DNA of 64,000 nt from Octopus vulgaris (lineage: Eukaryota): assembly GCA_951406725.2 (NCBI GenBank), contig OX597814.1, positions 176,638,001-176,702,000 of the forward strand. The letters are read 5' to 3'. The translations under genes and the position numbers were made by a program. Positions within the stretch are counted from its first letter, which is position 1; each line of letters opens with the position of its first letter. Positions 34,031 through 47,900 of this stretch are shown here, piece by piece. Under the pieces are notes generated by a model. It was not told the origin of the DNA, searched no databases, and worked only from the letters and a program-made list of their open reading frames with translations.

Positions 34031-34224
34031 TTCAATGCTAGTGCCATGTAAAAAGTACCCAGTAAGTGGTTGGTGTCAGAAAGAGCATCCAGCCTAAAAA
34101 CTATGTGAAAGCAGACACTAGAGCTTGGTGCAGTCCTCTGGTTTGTCACCTCCTGTTAAACTATCCAACCTAAGCTAGCACACACAAATAGACATTAAAC
34201 AATGATGATGGTGATAATGTTTCC

Positions 34225-34417
34225 CTTTACTTACTTTTACTTGTTTCAGTCATTTGACTGTAGCCATGCTGGAGCACCACCTTTAGTCGAACAAATCGAC
34301 TCCAGGACTTATTCTTTAGAAGCCTAGTACTTATTCTATCGGTCTTTTTTGCTGAACTGTTAAGTTACAGGGACGTAAACACACCACCATCGGTTGTCAA
34401 GCGATGTTGGGGAGACA

Positions 34418-34463
<46 letters not shown>

Positions 34464-34575
34464 TACAATGGGCTTCTTTCAGTTTCCGTCTACCAAATTC
34501 ACTCACAAGGCTTTGGTCGGCCCGAGGCTATAGTAGAAGACACTTGCCCAAGGTGCTACGCAGTGGGAATGAACC
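34225..34575 (-). mobile_element. SINE family A, 5'-truncated
   Basis: Matches other family A copies. Confidence 0.8.
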
Positions 34576-35219
34576 CTTACTTTAAACTTCTTCACTCATT
34601 TGTGTATGCTGCTCATCAATGGTACCATCTCCCAAAACAACATGTAGCTTGCACCCCTCCTTTGTCAAGAACTTAATGAAGGCATGTTTCGTCTTGGAAA
34701 CCATTTTTTACTGGCAACTAAGAACAAACAAGAAGAGTTACTCTAGTAACATGAGCAATTTGAACAATCTATAACAGTTAATGAAAACTTTATGTCCACT
34801 TTTGCATCACTTTTTGTTACAACCCTTGAATGCACAAATACATGGATTCCATTACACTCAGAGATCACTAGAGCAATCTTATTTTATATATAACTTATTG
34901 AAGTATACTAAACTGTAATTAGTGAATATAAAAACTATTCACTATCATACGTTTAGAATAGTGATTAGATGTTAAAAAAAAAATTATTAGCAACAATACC
35001 AAGGAAGGTTGAAATCATGTGATCTGGTGGTTTCTCTGCTGAAGATGGCAGGGATTTATCTCCATGCTCGCAATATAAACAATAGTACATTTTGCACCAA
35101 AAGCTAGTATGAGAGTTTCTCTCATGGTATTTACCACAATATAGTTTGTGCTAACAGAACATACATGTTTAAGTGGGAACAAATATTACCTCACTGATTA
35201 GATGGTTGTGAATCATTAA

Positions 35220-35720
35220 AGGCGGCGAGCTGGCAGAAACGTTAGCATGCCGGGCGAAATGCTTTGCGGTATTTCGTCTGCCGTTACATTCTGAGTTCAA
35301 ATTCCGCCGAGGTCGACTTTGCCTTTCATCCTTTCGGGGTCGATAAATTAAAGTACCAGTTATGCACTGGGGTCAATCATCATCATTTAGCGTCCGTTTT
35401 CCATGCTAGCATGGGTTGGACGGTTCAACTGGGGTCTGTGAAGCCAGAAGGCTGCATCAGGCCCAGTCTGATCTGGCAGTGTTTCTACGGCTGGATGCCC
35501 TTCCTAACGCCAACCACTCCGCGAGTGTAGTGGTTGCTTTTTACGTGCCACCTAGAGCTGGCAAACGGCCACGAACGGATGGTGCTTTTACGTGCCACCG
35601 GCACGGGGGCCAGGCGAGGCTGGCAACGGACACGAACGGATGGTGTAATCGACTTAATACCTATGTCTGTCCTTGTTTGTCCCCTCTATGTTTAGCCCTT
35701 GTGGGTAATAAAGAAATAGG
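35220..35720 (+). mobile_element. Family B SINE interrupted by an inverted RTE tail (35377-35645)
   Basis: SINE resumes at 'gtaatcgacttaat'. Confidence 0.85.
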
Positions 35721-35796
35721 TTGTGAATCATTAAATATTTTAGATTTAAATTATTGGAACAAACTCAAGCCAAAATATCTTTCATCTACTCTTTAA

Positions 35797-36672
35797 CCCT
35801 TTGCATTTAAACCAGCTATATTTGGCCCAAATATTCCACATGTTTTATGTCAAATCCAGCATGTCACACCTACCCTGCAATGTCATTCTAAGAATAAACA
35901 ATCACATCATTAAAAATATCAAAGCTAGAAGACAGTCTATGATTAATTTAACCCTTTAGCATTTAAACCGGCCAAATCCAGCCAAAAGTATTCAGCCTGA
36001 TTTATGTCCAAACCGACCAGATCTGGTCTCTCACACCAACCCTACAATATCGTTTTAAAAATTAATTAACAGCTACCTCATCAAAATCTCACAGCTACAA
36101 GATAATGCGTGATTAGTTAAAAAAAGGATGGAGGAAAAAGCATTAATTTTAGCAGAATAATGTGAACACTAAAGGGTTAAAATAACAAATTAATAAGTAC
36201 TACATTTGACAAAGCAATACGAACGCTAAAAGGTTAATCTTTGCAGACACAACAGAAATTTTTTTACCTTTAGCTAAAATAACTAAGCTACTCTAATTCT
36301 AATTATTACTTTATCTATCACTTGTGGCAGAATATTTCACATACTTCAGAAATTCACAAATGGACAAATTTCTATCACAAACACAAACTGACATCTATAA
36401 ATTCATAGTGTATCAGGTGTAAAACATATGTCACCTTGAAAAGATTGTTTAACCCTTTAGTGTTCAGATTAATCTGTTAAATGTAATACTTTTTTCACTC
36501 AAATTATTTTCAATTAATCATACATTTTCTTACAGCTTTGAAGTTTCAATGGTGTGATAGTTTATTCTTAGAATGTCAATGTAGGTTAGGTGTGAGGGGT
36601 TAGATATGGCCAGTTTGAATGTAAACATGTAGGATATTTGGGCCGGATATAGCTGGCTTAAACACCAAAGGG
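35797..36672. mobile_element. Cluster of piggyBac-type MITEs: 35797-36233 with nested 35952-36176, plus inverted copy 36453-36672
   Basis: TTAA|CCCTTT...AAAGGG|TTAA termini; same family at ~20860, 40595, 43730, 49270, 59123 and 60750. Confidence 0.8.
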
Positions 36673-38377
36673 TTAAAGTTGTAACCCAAGTTATTGATGC
36701 TAGACAAGAATTTAAGGAAATTGAAAATTAACAGGAGTTGCAGATCTACTTAGCTTAGAGTTTTAACAAAAATCCTATCTTCTCTGTAAAGCTAATTGTG
36801 TTTACATGGCAGAATTTCATAGAGTGTGTGGTTTTTGTAAATAAAAACATGGGGGAAAAAAAAATATGAATAGCATCAGTTTCTGCAATAAATTCTCAGT
36901 ACATTAACTGAACCTGAGAACTTACCGAGATACTTATATGAGAATGAAACCATGAAATAAATGCTTATATAATCAAGTCAGAAATGAGTTTTCAATAAGA
37001 TTTATTTAACATTCTCTTAATGATACCAGAGTAAAACTTATTTAGAGATAAACTCAAGTCGATCATATAAATAAAAACTTGAAAAGCATTCTTCTTAAAA
37101 AAAAAAGCTATAAGTGAGTAAAATAAAAAAAAAAATCAAGTATAATTTTAAATAGATGGATGTGAAATGGGAAGAGAGTAGAAGGGAGAACTTTCTGGTT
37201 TTTCCATTTTCAAAACATTTATCCAAACTTTAGTATCTTAAAACAAGCTTCAGCTACATTAGTGTTTGTACTGAAACGGTGACATTTAAAAAAAATTTTT
37301 TAGTTGGGTAGAAAAGTTAAGAGAGAAAATTACTAGCTTACACTTGTAGAAATTTCACCTGATTTCCTTTATCAATAGTGCTATTCATGTAGTAGTTCTT
37401 GGTATTGGGTATCATTAGGGAAGTGGGCTTCTTGTGTGTTTACTCTCCACAGGGGAACAGTAGTTAAGCAACAAACAGTTGCTGATGTAAAGAGGGGTGT
37501 GAGTAAGAGTGAAGAAACCAATCTTCAAATCAATAAATTTTATTATTAGAAATACAAGAAATTAGAAATAAAATGCTGTCAGACGTACGATACTCAAATG
37601 TATCTTTACAAATTGAAGAAGAATAAGAGAGGAAAATAACAAAAAAAAGAATTAAGAAGGCTGGATAAGAAATTGTGAAATTTGTAATTTTAATATTAAT
37701 AACTGTTGATGTTGTACAAGTTGTTATGTTGCTAAACAGGTGTACATGTGTGTATATATATATGTCTATTTGTGTATGCGTGTTTATAAAGAAGGAAGAG
37801 GCTAGCTATGTCGACCAATCCAATCATACAATTTGTCACTGCTTGATTTTCTTTAAAAACACTACCGCACTATCGATGCATCGGTAACAGGCGGTCTCAA
37901 TTTTCAAAGAGGATAAAATGTTGTTGGTTTTTTTTTTTTAATTTTATTTCCCCCTTTTCACTCTCATTCACTCACTCATTCACTTTCTCAGTTTGCCCAT
38001 CTCTCTCTCTCTTTTTCTTTCTCTCTGTCTCTTTCTCTTGCTTTTTCATTCCCATTCAATTTCTCTCTATCCGACTTGCACTCTTTTACACTGTTTCTTC
38101 CTTTTCTCTAGAATGGTAGAAATAAAGACAGAATTTGCTGCTGTTTGACTTGGTGTTGTTCACTCTTGCCAACAATGTTCCCACGGGTTGTTAATGGGAA
38201 CTGTATTTTATCATACATAAGGTAAAAGAGGACACCAGCACCAAAGCCGACACTGATAGTGTCTGTCTGTATTGGTAGATAAAAAAAAAAAAAATATATA
38301 TATTTATATGTATAGAAAAGTCAAAGAAAAATGGAGAAAGTGGAATCCAGGGCAGAGAGGAATGGGTTAAGAACAAG

Positions 38378-38448
38378 TCACGTGGTCCCACGTGGTTTCT
38401 CTAATGTTCGTTGGTTACACCATTTATCCAAATCAAAAGGTTTGAAAT
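38378..38448 (-). CDS. MCRIP2: MCRIP last coding exon ((N)FKPFDLDKWCNQRTLEKPRGTT*)
   Basis: Acceptor 'tttctttcttcacag', phase 1, TGA at 38378-38380; followed by a repeat-poor, U-rich putative 3' UTR. Confidence 0.9.
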
Positions 38449-41400
38449 CTGTGAAGAAAGAAACGAAATATTAAATTTTTTTTTTTTTACATTTTCAATA
38501 ATATATAATAATAAACATAATAATACAAAACAAATGAAGTCAAATCGATCTGTTGTGTGTGTTTGTGTGTATATATATTTCTTTACTACCCACAAGGGGC
38601 TAAACACAGAAGGGACAAACAAGGACAGACAAACAGATTAAGTCGATTATATCGACCCCAGTGCGTAACTGGTACTTAATTTATCGACCCCCGAAAGGAT
38701 GAAAGGCAAAGTTGACCGCGGCGGAATTTGAACTCAGAACGTAACGGCAGATGAAATACAGCTACGCATTTCGCCCGGCGTGCTAACGTTTCTGCCAGCT
38801 CGCCACCCTGCGTTTGTGTGTATATATATTCATCGGCATCATCTAACATTTGTGTTCCATGCAAACATGGGTTGGATGGTCCAACAGGATTCCGTGAGCC
38901 AGAAGACTGTACTGAATCCCAGTGTCTGCTCCAGTATGTTTTCCACGGCTGGATGCCCTTCTCAATGCCGACCAATTTACTGAGTGTATTGGGTGCTTTT
39001 TTTATAGCACAGCTACTACTGATGTGATCAAGTAACTAGCAAGACAAGATCCCTCGTCTGAGCTGGAGTGTAATATTGAGGGAAGTGGCTTTGTGCTAGA
39101 TGTTGAAGAGGCTAAAGGATGATAGAGGGATAAGAACAGGGGTCTTACTGTAGAGGAGATAAATGATAACCCTAGCTAGAGACAAAAAGGGAGATAAAGA
39201 GAGAAGAGAAATAGCAAACTGAGTTGGTTGGATGCATAGATTTGCTAATCTGTGAAAGGAGAGTGACAGATGGTTAGAAATTGAAATAGAGGTGAATGCA
39301 GTAAAATATTGAATACAGGTGGAGGTGTGGTCCATGGTGAATCCCAATTTGGTTGAGGAAGTAAAGGAAAATAGAAATGAGTAAAGGAAGAGGAGGCAAT
39401 AAGTGGCAGTACATAAAGTGGCGAGAGCAACAGTGTAATAAAACTGTAGATAGATGACAAATAGGGAAATGCTGTGAAATAAGAGGAGAGAGGTAAGCAT
39501 CAAAGGTATGTAGGGGTGGATAAGGTGGTGAGCTGACAGAAACATTAGCATGCCGGGCGAAATGTGTAGCCGTATTTCGTCTGCAGTTATGTCCTGAGTT
39601 CAAATTCCGCCAAGGTCGACTTTCATCCTTTCGGGGTCGATAAATTAAGTCGCAGTTACGCACTGGGGTCGATAAAATTAAGTAGCAGTTACGCACTGGG
39701 GTCGATGTAATTGACTTAATCCGTTTGTGTATCCTTTTTTGTCCCGTCTGTGTTTAGCCCCTTGTGGGTAGTAAAGAAATAGGTATGTAGGGATGGATAT
39801 AGTGAGTGACAAAGGATGGGAAAAAACATCAATCGCAGCTGTAAGAAGGTGCTTAGTAGAAAATAAAGGAAATAAGTGATGATGCTGAAAATGCGGGATG
39901 GATGACAAGGGAAGTGGTTCCAAGGAGAGGGGAAAATTGGTAACACAAAGGGTGGGTGCTGGGGTGAAATATCCGCAGTTGTGCTCTCATATAATTACAG
40001 CAGCTGCTGTAGTTTGAAGGGTGAAGGAAGGGCAGGTATTGTGAAGATGAGTTGTGGAGAAGGTTTGACAAGAACACTTTGTGTGGGGAAGTACAGACAT
40101 AAACAATATGCTTTTAAGATCTCATTCCTTTGCTGAAATTGGTAAGTTTTTCAAGCACAGCAAATTGCCAATCATCTCTGTTCTTTGTCATCTCCTCTAT
40201 AAGCCTCAATAAGCTGAAGGTGGTCTTTACTACTTTGTCCCATGCCATCCTGGGCCTCCCTCTGCTACAGGCTCTATCCACATTTAGCAATTGGCACTTC
40301 TTTATGCAGCTCCACTCATGCATATGAATCACATGACCCACACTAGTATAGTCTTCTCTCTTGCACACAACATCTGATGCCTCTTATGCCTAATTTCTCT
40401 CTCAACATACGAGCACTTTGTTGTACATGCACACTGACGTTGAATGTCCAATGAAGCATGCCGAATTCATTTCTTTCCAGCCTCCAAATGTCCTCTGCAT
40501 TCGTGGCCCCTATCCCACCATTATGTAACATTGCTATCTGATATACACATCAGAAGCAGTTTTAAGCTAATATACATAGCTGGCTGTTTGGATTTAACCC
40601 TTTAGTATTCAGATTATTCTGTCAAATATGATGCTTATTTATTCACATTGTCTTGAATTAATCCTGCCTCACGTTCTAGCTTCAGGATTTTAGTGATGTT
40701 TTACTCTTTTACTTGTTTCAGTCATTTGACTGTGGCCATGCTGGAGCACCGCCTTTAGTCGAGCAAATCGACCCCAGGACTTATTCTTTGTAAGCCTAGT
40801 ACTTATTCTATCGGTATCTTTTGCCGACCCGCTAAGTTACGGGGACATAAACACACCAGCATCGGTTGTCAAGCGATGTTGGGGGGGACAAACACAGACA
40901 CACAAACATATACACATACACATATATACGATGGGCTTCTTTCAGTTTCTATCTACCAAATCCACTCACAAGGCTTTGGTCAATCCAAGGCTATAGTAGA
41001 AGACATTTGCCCAAGGTGCCACGCAGTGGGACTGAACCCAGAACCATGTGGTGCGTAAACAAGCTACTTACCACACAGCCACTCCTACACCTGATGTGAT
41101 TATTTACTTTTAAAATAATATTATAGGGTAGGTGTGAGAGGCAGGACCTGGTCTGTTTGAACGTAAAACAGGACAAATATTTGAGCTGGACATGGCCAGC
41201 TTAAATGCTAAACGATTAATACTGCTTCAGTTGCATACACTGGATTTCCATTCAGCTGGGCAGCTATCTGCAATGCCAGTGACTGTTCTATTCACTGCTT
41301 CCTATATTAAAGATGGAGGCGCAATAGCCCAGTGGTTAGGGCAGCGGACTCACAGTCGTAGGATCACGGTTTCGATTCCCAGACCGGACATTGAGTGTTT

Positions 41401-41925
41401 ATAGAGCGAAAATACCTAAAGCTCCACGAGGCTCCAGCAGGGGGTGGTGGTGAACCCTGCTGTACTCTTTCACCACAATTTTCTCTCACTCTTTCTTCCT
41501 GTTTCTGTTGTATCTGTATTTCTAAGGGCCAGCCTTGTCACACTGAATCTCCCTGAGAACTACGTTAAGGGTACACGTGTCTGTGGAGTGCTCAGCCACT
41601 TGCACGTTAATAAATGAGCTGCGACATCAGTGGTGTCAAGCTGTATCAGCCTTTGCCTTTCCCTTGGATAACATCGCTGGCGTGGAGATGCGCAGACAGC
41701 TATATATATATATCACCATGTTAGCACGCCGGGCGAAATGCTTAGCGGTATTTCGTCTGCCGTTATGTTCTGAGTTCAAATTCCGACGAGGTCAACTTTG
41801 CCTTTCATCTTTTCGAAGTCAATAAATTAAGTACCAGTTATGCACTGGAGTCAATGTAATTGACTTAATCCCTTTGTCTGTCTTTGTTTGTCCCCTCTAT
41901 GTTTAGCCCCTTGTGGGCAATAAAG

Positions 41926-41964
<39 letters not shown>

Positions 41965-44900
41965 CACCATCATCATTTAATGTCTATTCTCCATGCTGGC
42001 ATGGGTTAGATGGTTTGACTGGAGCTGATGAGCCAGAAAGCTGCAGCAGGTTCCAGTCTGATTTGGCATGGTTTCTACAGCTGGATGCCTTTCCTAATGC
42101 CAACTACTCCAGCAGTGTAATGAGTGCTTTTACATGCCACACACATACACAAACAAAGAATATAAACATCATCATCATCGTTTAACGGGTTGGATGGTTC
42201 GACCGGGGTCTGAGGAACCAGGAGCTGCTCCAGGCTCCAGTCTGATCTGGCAGTGTTTCTACAGCTGGATGCCCTTCCTAACGCCAACCACTCCGCGAGT
42301 GTAGTGGGTGCTTTTTACGTGCCACCTGCACAGGTGCCAGAGGGGTCTGGCATCGGCCACGATCGGTTGGTGCTTTTTATGTGCCACCGGCACAGAAGCC
42401 AGTCGAGGCGGTGCTGGCATCGGCCACGTTCGGATGGTGCTTTTTATGTGCCACCGGCACAGAAGCCAGTTGAGGCAGTGCTGGCATCGGTCACGTTCGG
42501 ACAGTGCTTTTTATGTGCCACCGGCACAGAAGCCATTCGAGGCGGGGTTGGCATCGGTCACGTTCGGATGGTGCTTTTTATGTGCCACCGGCACAGAAGC
42601 CAGTCGAGGCGGCACTGGCAACGGCCAATATTAATATTAATGTATGCGTTACATAAAAACAATTTAACATCAAACTGATTATTCAATGCTTTTTATTAGA
42701 GTATATGTTTATCAAACTTTTACAAGTGAGTTGACAGTGACTTCAAATTTTCAGCCTGTTGGCCTTTGTCAGGTCTTATCTTCAACGCTCAATATATATA
42801 ACAAAGATGGGCTGAGATTCGCTTCAGCTGTTTCTGACATGTTTTTTGAATTGATAAACAAATCAATTACTTTTTCATTTTTTTCATTTCATTTCATCTA
42901 GTTTCAGCTCACGAGCTGTGGTCATGCTGGGGCACCGCCATTCGGTGTTGCTACATGATTTTACTTCACGAATGCTTTTTAACAACCGACATTTGGTGCA
43001 TGAGAGAGTTTGATGCAGCTGCCCTCATCTGCACCTCCTGCCGTGAAGTTGGTTCATCTGGGACACCTGACAAGAAGAGGTCCAGCTTTATTTTATTTAC
43101 TTCATGTAAAAAAAAAACTGTTTTCTTCAGGTGAATTAAGAGTTGAAATTAAACATTTAGGATTTTTCACACAAAAAGTATATGATGCATATGACACTCT
43201 CATCTCAGCGCCCACTGAGAGAATAAAAAGGAAATGTTATTTTGTTGCTAAATATATACATGGTAATAAATCAATCAACACCTTCAAGTGATGGAAAAGA
43301 AAAGAAAACTATATATACACACACGCATATATGTGTGTGTGTGTGTGTATATATATATATAAATATATATATACATATACACATATATCTTTATTATAGC
43401 CTTCTACAACTCTTTCTTCCATTATTATAAAACAAAAAGTTACTACTGTAATAGTAGTCACACTCCCTCTTGTATCTTCAACATATGCCTTATTTGATTT
43501 CTTTTTAAACCAACACTGTCTACTCCATATTTTACCCATTGAAAACAATCTTTTTTTTTATGGATTGGCCAAACAAAGAAAGGTAGCACAAATCAACTTT
43601 TATCTGAGTATCCAAAACCTAAACTCATGACCCATGGCTTGCTGGAGTAGGAAGCAACATATTAGGCTATCAAATTATCGACACTCAGAGCAGAGAATAC
43701 TTGCATCAAATTGGACTGCGTTTAGGATTTAAACCAGCCATATCAGGCCTACGTTTTACGTTCAGAATGGCCAAATCTAGCCTTTGACAACTACCCTACA
43801 ATGTCATTCTAAAAGTAAAACAATCACATCATAGAAATCTTGAAGCTAAGAAATAATGCATGATTAATCCAAACTAATTTGAATAAATAAACATTATGTT
43901 TGACCGAGGAATCTGAATGTTAAAGGCTTAAGTAAACCATGCAAAATAATTATTAAAGCACCATCTGAACGTGGCCAATGCCAGCGTCCCTTGACTGGCA
44001 TCCGTGCTGGTGGCATGTAAAAAGCACCCAGCTGTAGAAACACTGCCAGATCAGACTGGAGCCTGGTGCAGCTTCCTGGCTTCCCAGACTCCGGTTAAAC
44101 CGTCCAATCCATGCTAGCATGGAAAACGGACGTCAAATGATGACGATGATGATAACTCAATATCAAAAACTCTATATGTTTGCCTGATATGCTAGAAATA
44201 GCAAAGTGTTATGACTTAATCTGTTGCCTAGCAGAATCCATTCTGTTGCAAGCATTCAGACAAAGTATTCAGCTTGGATGGGACAGTTTGACAGGATCCA
44301 GCAAGCCACAGGGCTGTGCCAGGCTCCAGTGTCAGTCTTGTTTTCTATAGCTTGATGCCATTTCTAAGACCAACTACTTTACTGTGTGTACTGTGTCTTC
44401 ATGCCACCAACACTAGTGAGGTGGCCAAGTAACTTGCAAGACAGAATAAGAACAGAGAAAAAGGAAAAAGAAAATTCTACACATATGGTGCTTGAAAATG
44501 AGATTGGATAGTCATCAAGGAATATCTTTTAACACTCGGATTGTTCTATCTGGGCTAATCAAGGGCTAGATGGCAACAATAGATGTACAGAAAAAAAGGA
44601 GGAATATTATAGCAAAATAGAAATTGATCAAGATGACTTACTCTCCATTTGTGGGTTTGGACATTTTTCTTTGTACCACGTAGGATTAGAAGCTGAAAAT
44701 GAAAGAAAATAATCGTGAGTAAAGTTGTACCAAATAACAACATTGCAGAATAATCTACAATTGACAATTTAACAATAAGGAAGTAACATAGCAATCATAA
44801 TCACTCTTGTATTTACTTTTGTGTTCAATTCTCATAGGTTAGATGAAACTTATTGAAGCTTATTTATTTTGGCTAGATGCTCTTCCTGTCACCAACCCCA

Positions 44901-47900
44901 AGTTGTATTTCAGATAAGGCACAGGAGTAGCTATGTGGTAAGTAGCTTGCTTACAAACCACATGGTTCCAGGTTCAGTCCCACTGCGTGGCACCCTGGGC
45001 AAGTGCCTTCTACTATAGCCTCGAGCAGACCAAAGCCTTGTGAGTGGATTTGGTAGGCGAAAACTGAAAAGAAGCCTGTCGTATATGTATGTATGTATAT
45101 GTTTGTGTGTCTGTGTTTGTCCCCCCAACATCGCTCGACAACCGACGCTGGTGTGTTTATGCCCCTGTAATTTAGCGGTTCAGCAAAAAAGAGACCAATA
45201 GAATAAGTATTGGGCTTACAAAGAATAAGTCCTGGGGTCGATTTGCTCGACTAAAGGCAGTGCTCCAGCATGGCTGCAGTGAAATGATTGAAACAAGTAA
45301 AAGAGAGAGAGAGTAAGAGTAAGGTATTTATAATTACACTGGTCCTCACAGGTTTACTAACTTTGGAACATTTGCAAAAGACAAACAGAATTCACAAACA
45401 CACACATAATAGGTTTTGCACAGTCCCCACCTATTAACTGCACGCACAAAGCATTGGCTGGCCTAGTTCATTGTAGAAGACGCTAGTACAAAATGTCATG
45501 CAATGTGGCCAAACCCAAAAACCATGAGGTTGCACAATGGTCCCCATAATCACACTGCCAAGTTTGTGCACATATTGTAGATGACACCCCACCAACTCTA
45601 AAAAAAAAGGGAGGTGGGAACGGAACAGATGTATTATTGATGTTATGAACTGATGAGGAGAAAGAATATCAGGAGAGAAAAAAAAAAACAACTTACATTT
45701 TATAATTCTTTGATGTCTGTTATCCATGTCATGAGAAAACCTGCTCCAAGCTGAAATGGTCAAGAAAAAAAAAAAAGAAAACAGAAAGAGGTTAAGGAAA
45801 ATGAAAATAAATCCAAGTTAGATGTGTTAGTATGAATTCATTAGAGTATCATTAATCTTATATTTAATTTACACTTGTCATTACTGCTGATTAGCTCCCA
45901 GTTAATCCTTTATCAACCAACAAGATCCAGTCCTTATTATGATGTGGTGACTTGCGTGCTCAAAGATCCTGAGAGCTATGCCAGGGTGAGTAAATTCTTG
46001 GTAAAGGCTTCCCATGCCAGACAAGACAAAGGATGGCAGCCAGACCAATGTGGACCATGGCCAAAGCCACTACCTTGAAGAAAGCAAAGTTACAGAAGCA
46101 TCAATGATGATTTGAAACCAAGACCCAAGAGAGAGCAAAAGACAGCCCAGAGTTGAGAACAGTGAAGAAAAGTCATTGATAACCTATGCTTCAAAGGGAG
46201 CAAAGGTTTTTCTGATGAAATGATAATCCCTGATCTAGCATACATGTATAATCAAACATGTTTCAGGCGTGACTATTGATTTCATTTTTACCTTCACACA
46301 GTGTACTGCAAACTACATTATGAAGTGTGTCCTTTTTTATTAACTATATGGTACAGTTTGAGGTAATATTTGGGTAGATTTGGGTAATATTTCATATGGT
46401 GGCCTTCTTGTAGCTGCCTATACTACCATTTCTATTGGCATATTTTCTGATCATCTTCAGTTTACAGATACATATAAAATGTAGTAAAAGCACTTCTTAT
46501 TATCTGTTTCGAATCTGAATCAAATTTAAGTTCTAAGCCAGGGATAAATTTGCAATGCTCAGATCATTGTGATACTCTGTCTATGTCATTTCCATTACAA
46601 GCAGAATCACCTCATGTAAGTTAATTACACTTTCTACCACATATCATAGGAATGAGTGAGTGGTGATAAAGCTGAGTTGAACATCAACTGAAATCAGCTT
46701 TTATTACTATTCACATCTAAGATACCTTTTGTAATTCAGTGCCCTATGTTCATGGAATAAATAGCATTTTACAAACAGACCCCTTTATGTTTTGAAAAAA
46801 ATATGACCACGTGTGTATCATTAGTGATTTTCTTTCTCTGCCTTCCCTTCCTTGGACTTTTCCTTTTTTCTATATTTCTGACGAAGAGCTCCGCTCGAAA
46901 CGTTAAATCCTCCTTTCTTTCTTTCCTGAGCATCCAATAACACTATACTTGTTCCTTGTCCTTGCATTGTTGTGTTTTCTATTTGTTCATGCTTGGATTA
47001 ACTATATATATATATATATAGATGCCAGCATGGAAGGCAGACATTAAACGATGATAATGTATGTACAGTCCCACTTTTTAGCAAAACCATGGCAATGATT
47101 TTAATCAAGAAGTGAATATTTTGCATGCACAACATTTTTTGTTTCCCTATTTTCCTACATTATTCCATCCAGCAAGTGCTTCTTTTTCAGGATTTGCATA
47201 CACCAGAGCTTTCATATGTTAATTTTATAGGGAAATTACTAAAGATGGCAAGAACTTATAATGAAATTCTATTAGGTCATGGTAGGTAATCAGTTCTGTT
47301 TCTGTTCATTGATAAACACAATAGCCAATTGATATATTACTTTCAAAATCATTATTCAAATAAGTAGTGTCTAGTTTAAATATTTTAATACTAAAAAAAA
47401 AAAAAAAATCATGAACCCTTCTAAACACTCAGTGACCCTGTCTATAATGACCCTTGACACTTGCCATCCACTCCAGGGGACACTATGTTTTCCTTTGTAT
47501 GTGGGTGTGAGAGAAATAAAATGTGATGTAAATATAAATAAAAACTGAAAAGCAAAGTTGTTTTAAAAAAATAAATACACTGAAATACACTTTGTTTTGA
47601 TTAAGTTTGGAAATAATAAAGAATGTAGTAAAATAACTGCTATTTTTAGGCTAGTATCATGACGATGATGATGGTCAGCATTTAATGTCTGTCTTTCAGG
47701 CTGGCTTGGCCTGGATAGTTTGACAAATGAGCTAGAGAACCACACTGAATTTCAATGACTGCTTCTATATGCTTTCTGCAGCTGGAACCCTTTGCCCTTC
47801 CAGGTGACAACCACTTTACAGCATGTATTGCATGCCTTTTTTCACGAAACCAGCACAAGTGAAGGTCATCAAGTAACTTGTAAGATGAAGAAGAAGCTTC

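Noticed and set aside
37380-38200. Short phase-1 minus-strand frames (..TQYQELLHE*, ..PWEHCWQE*) as alternative MCRIP last exons
   Set aside because: They lie downstream of the family-matching last exon, have weak acceptors and no FAM195 similarity; most likely 3' UTR.
43309-43548. ORF containing 'AYVEDT' resembling MCRIP 'YVE'
   Set aside because: The true homologous exon is 44642-44692; no suitable splice sites here.
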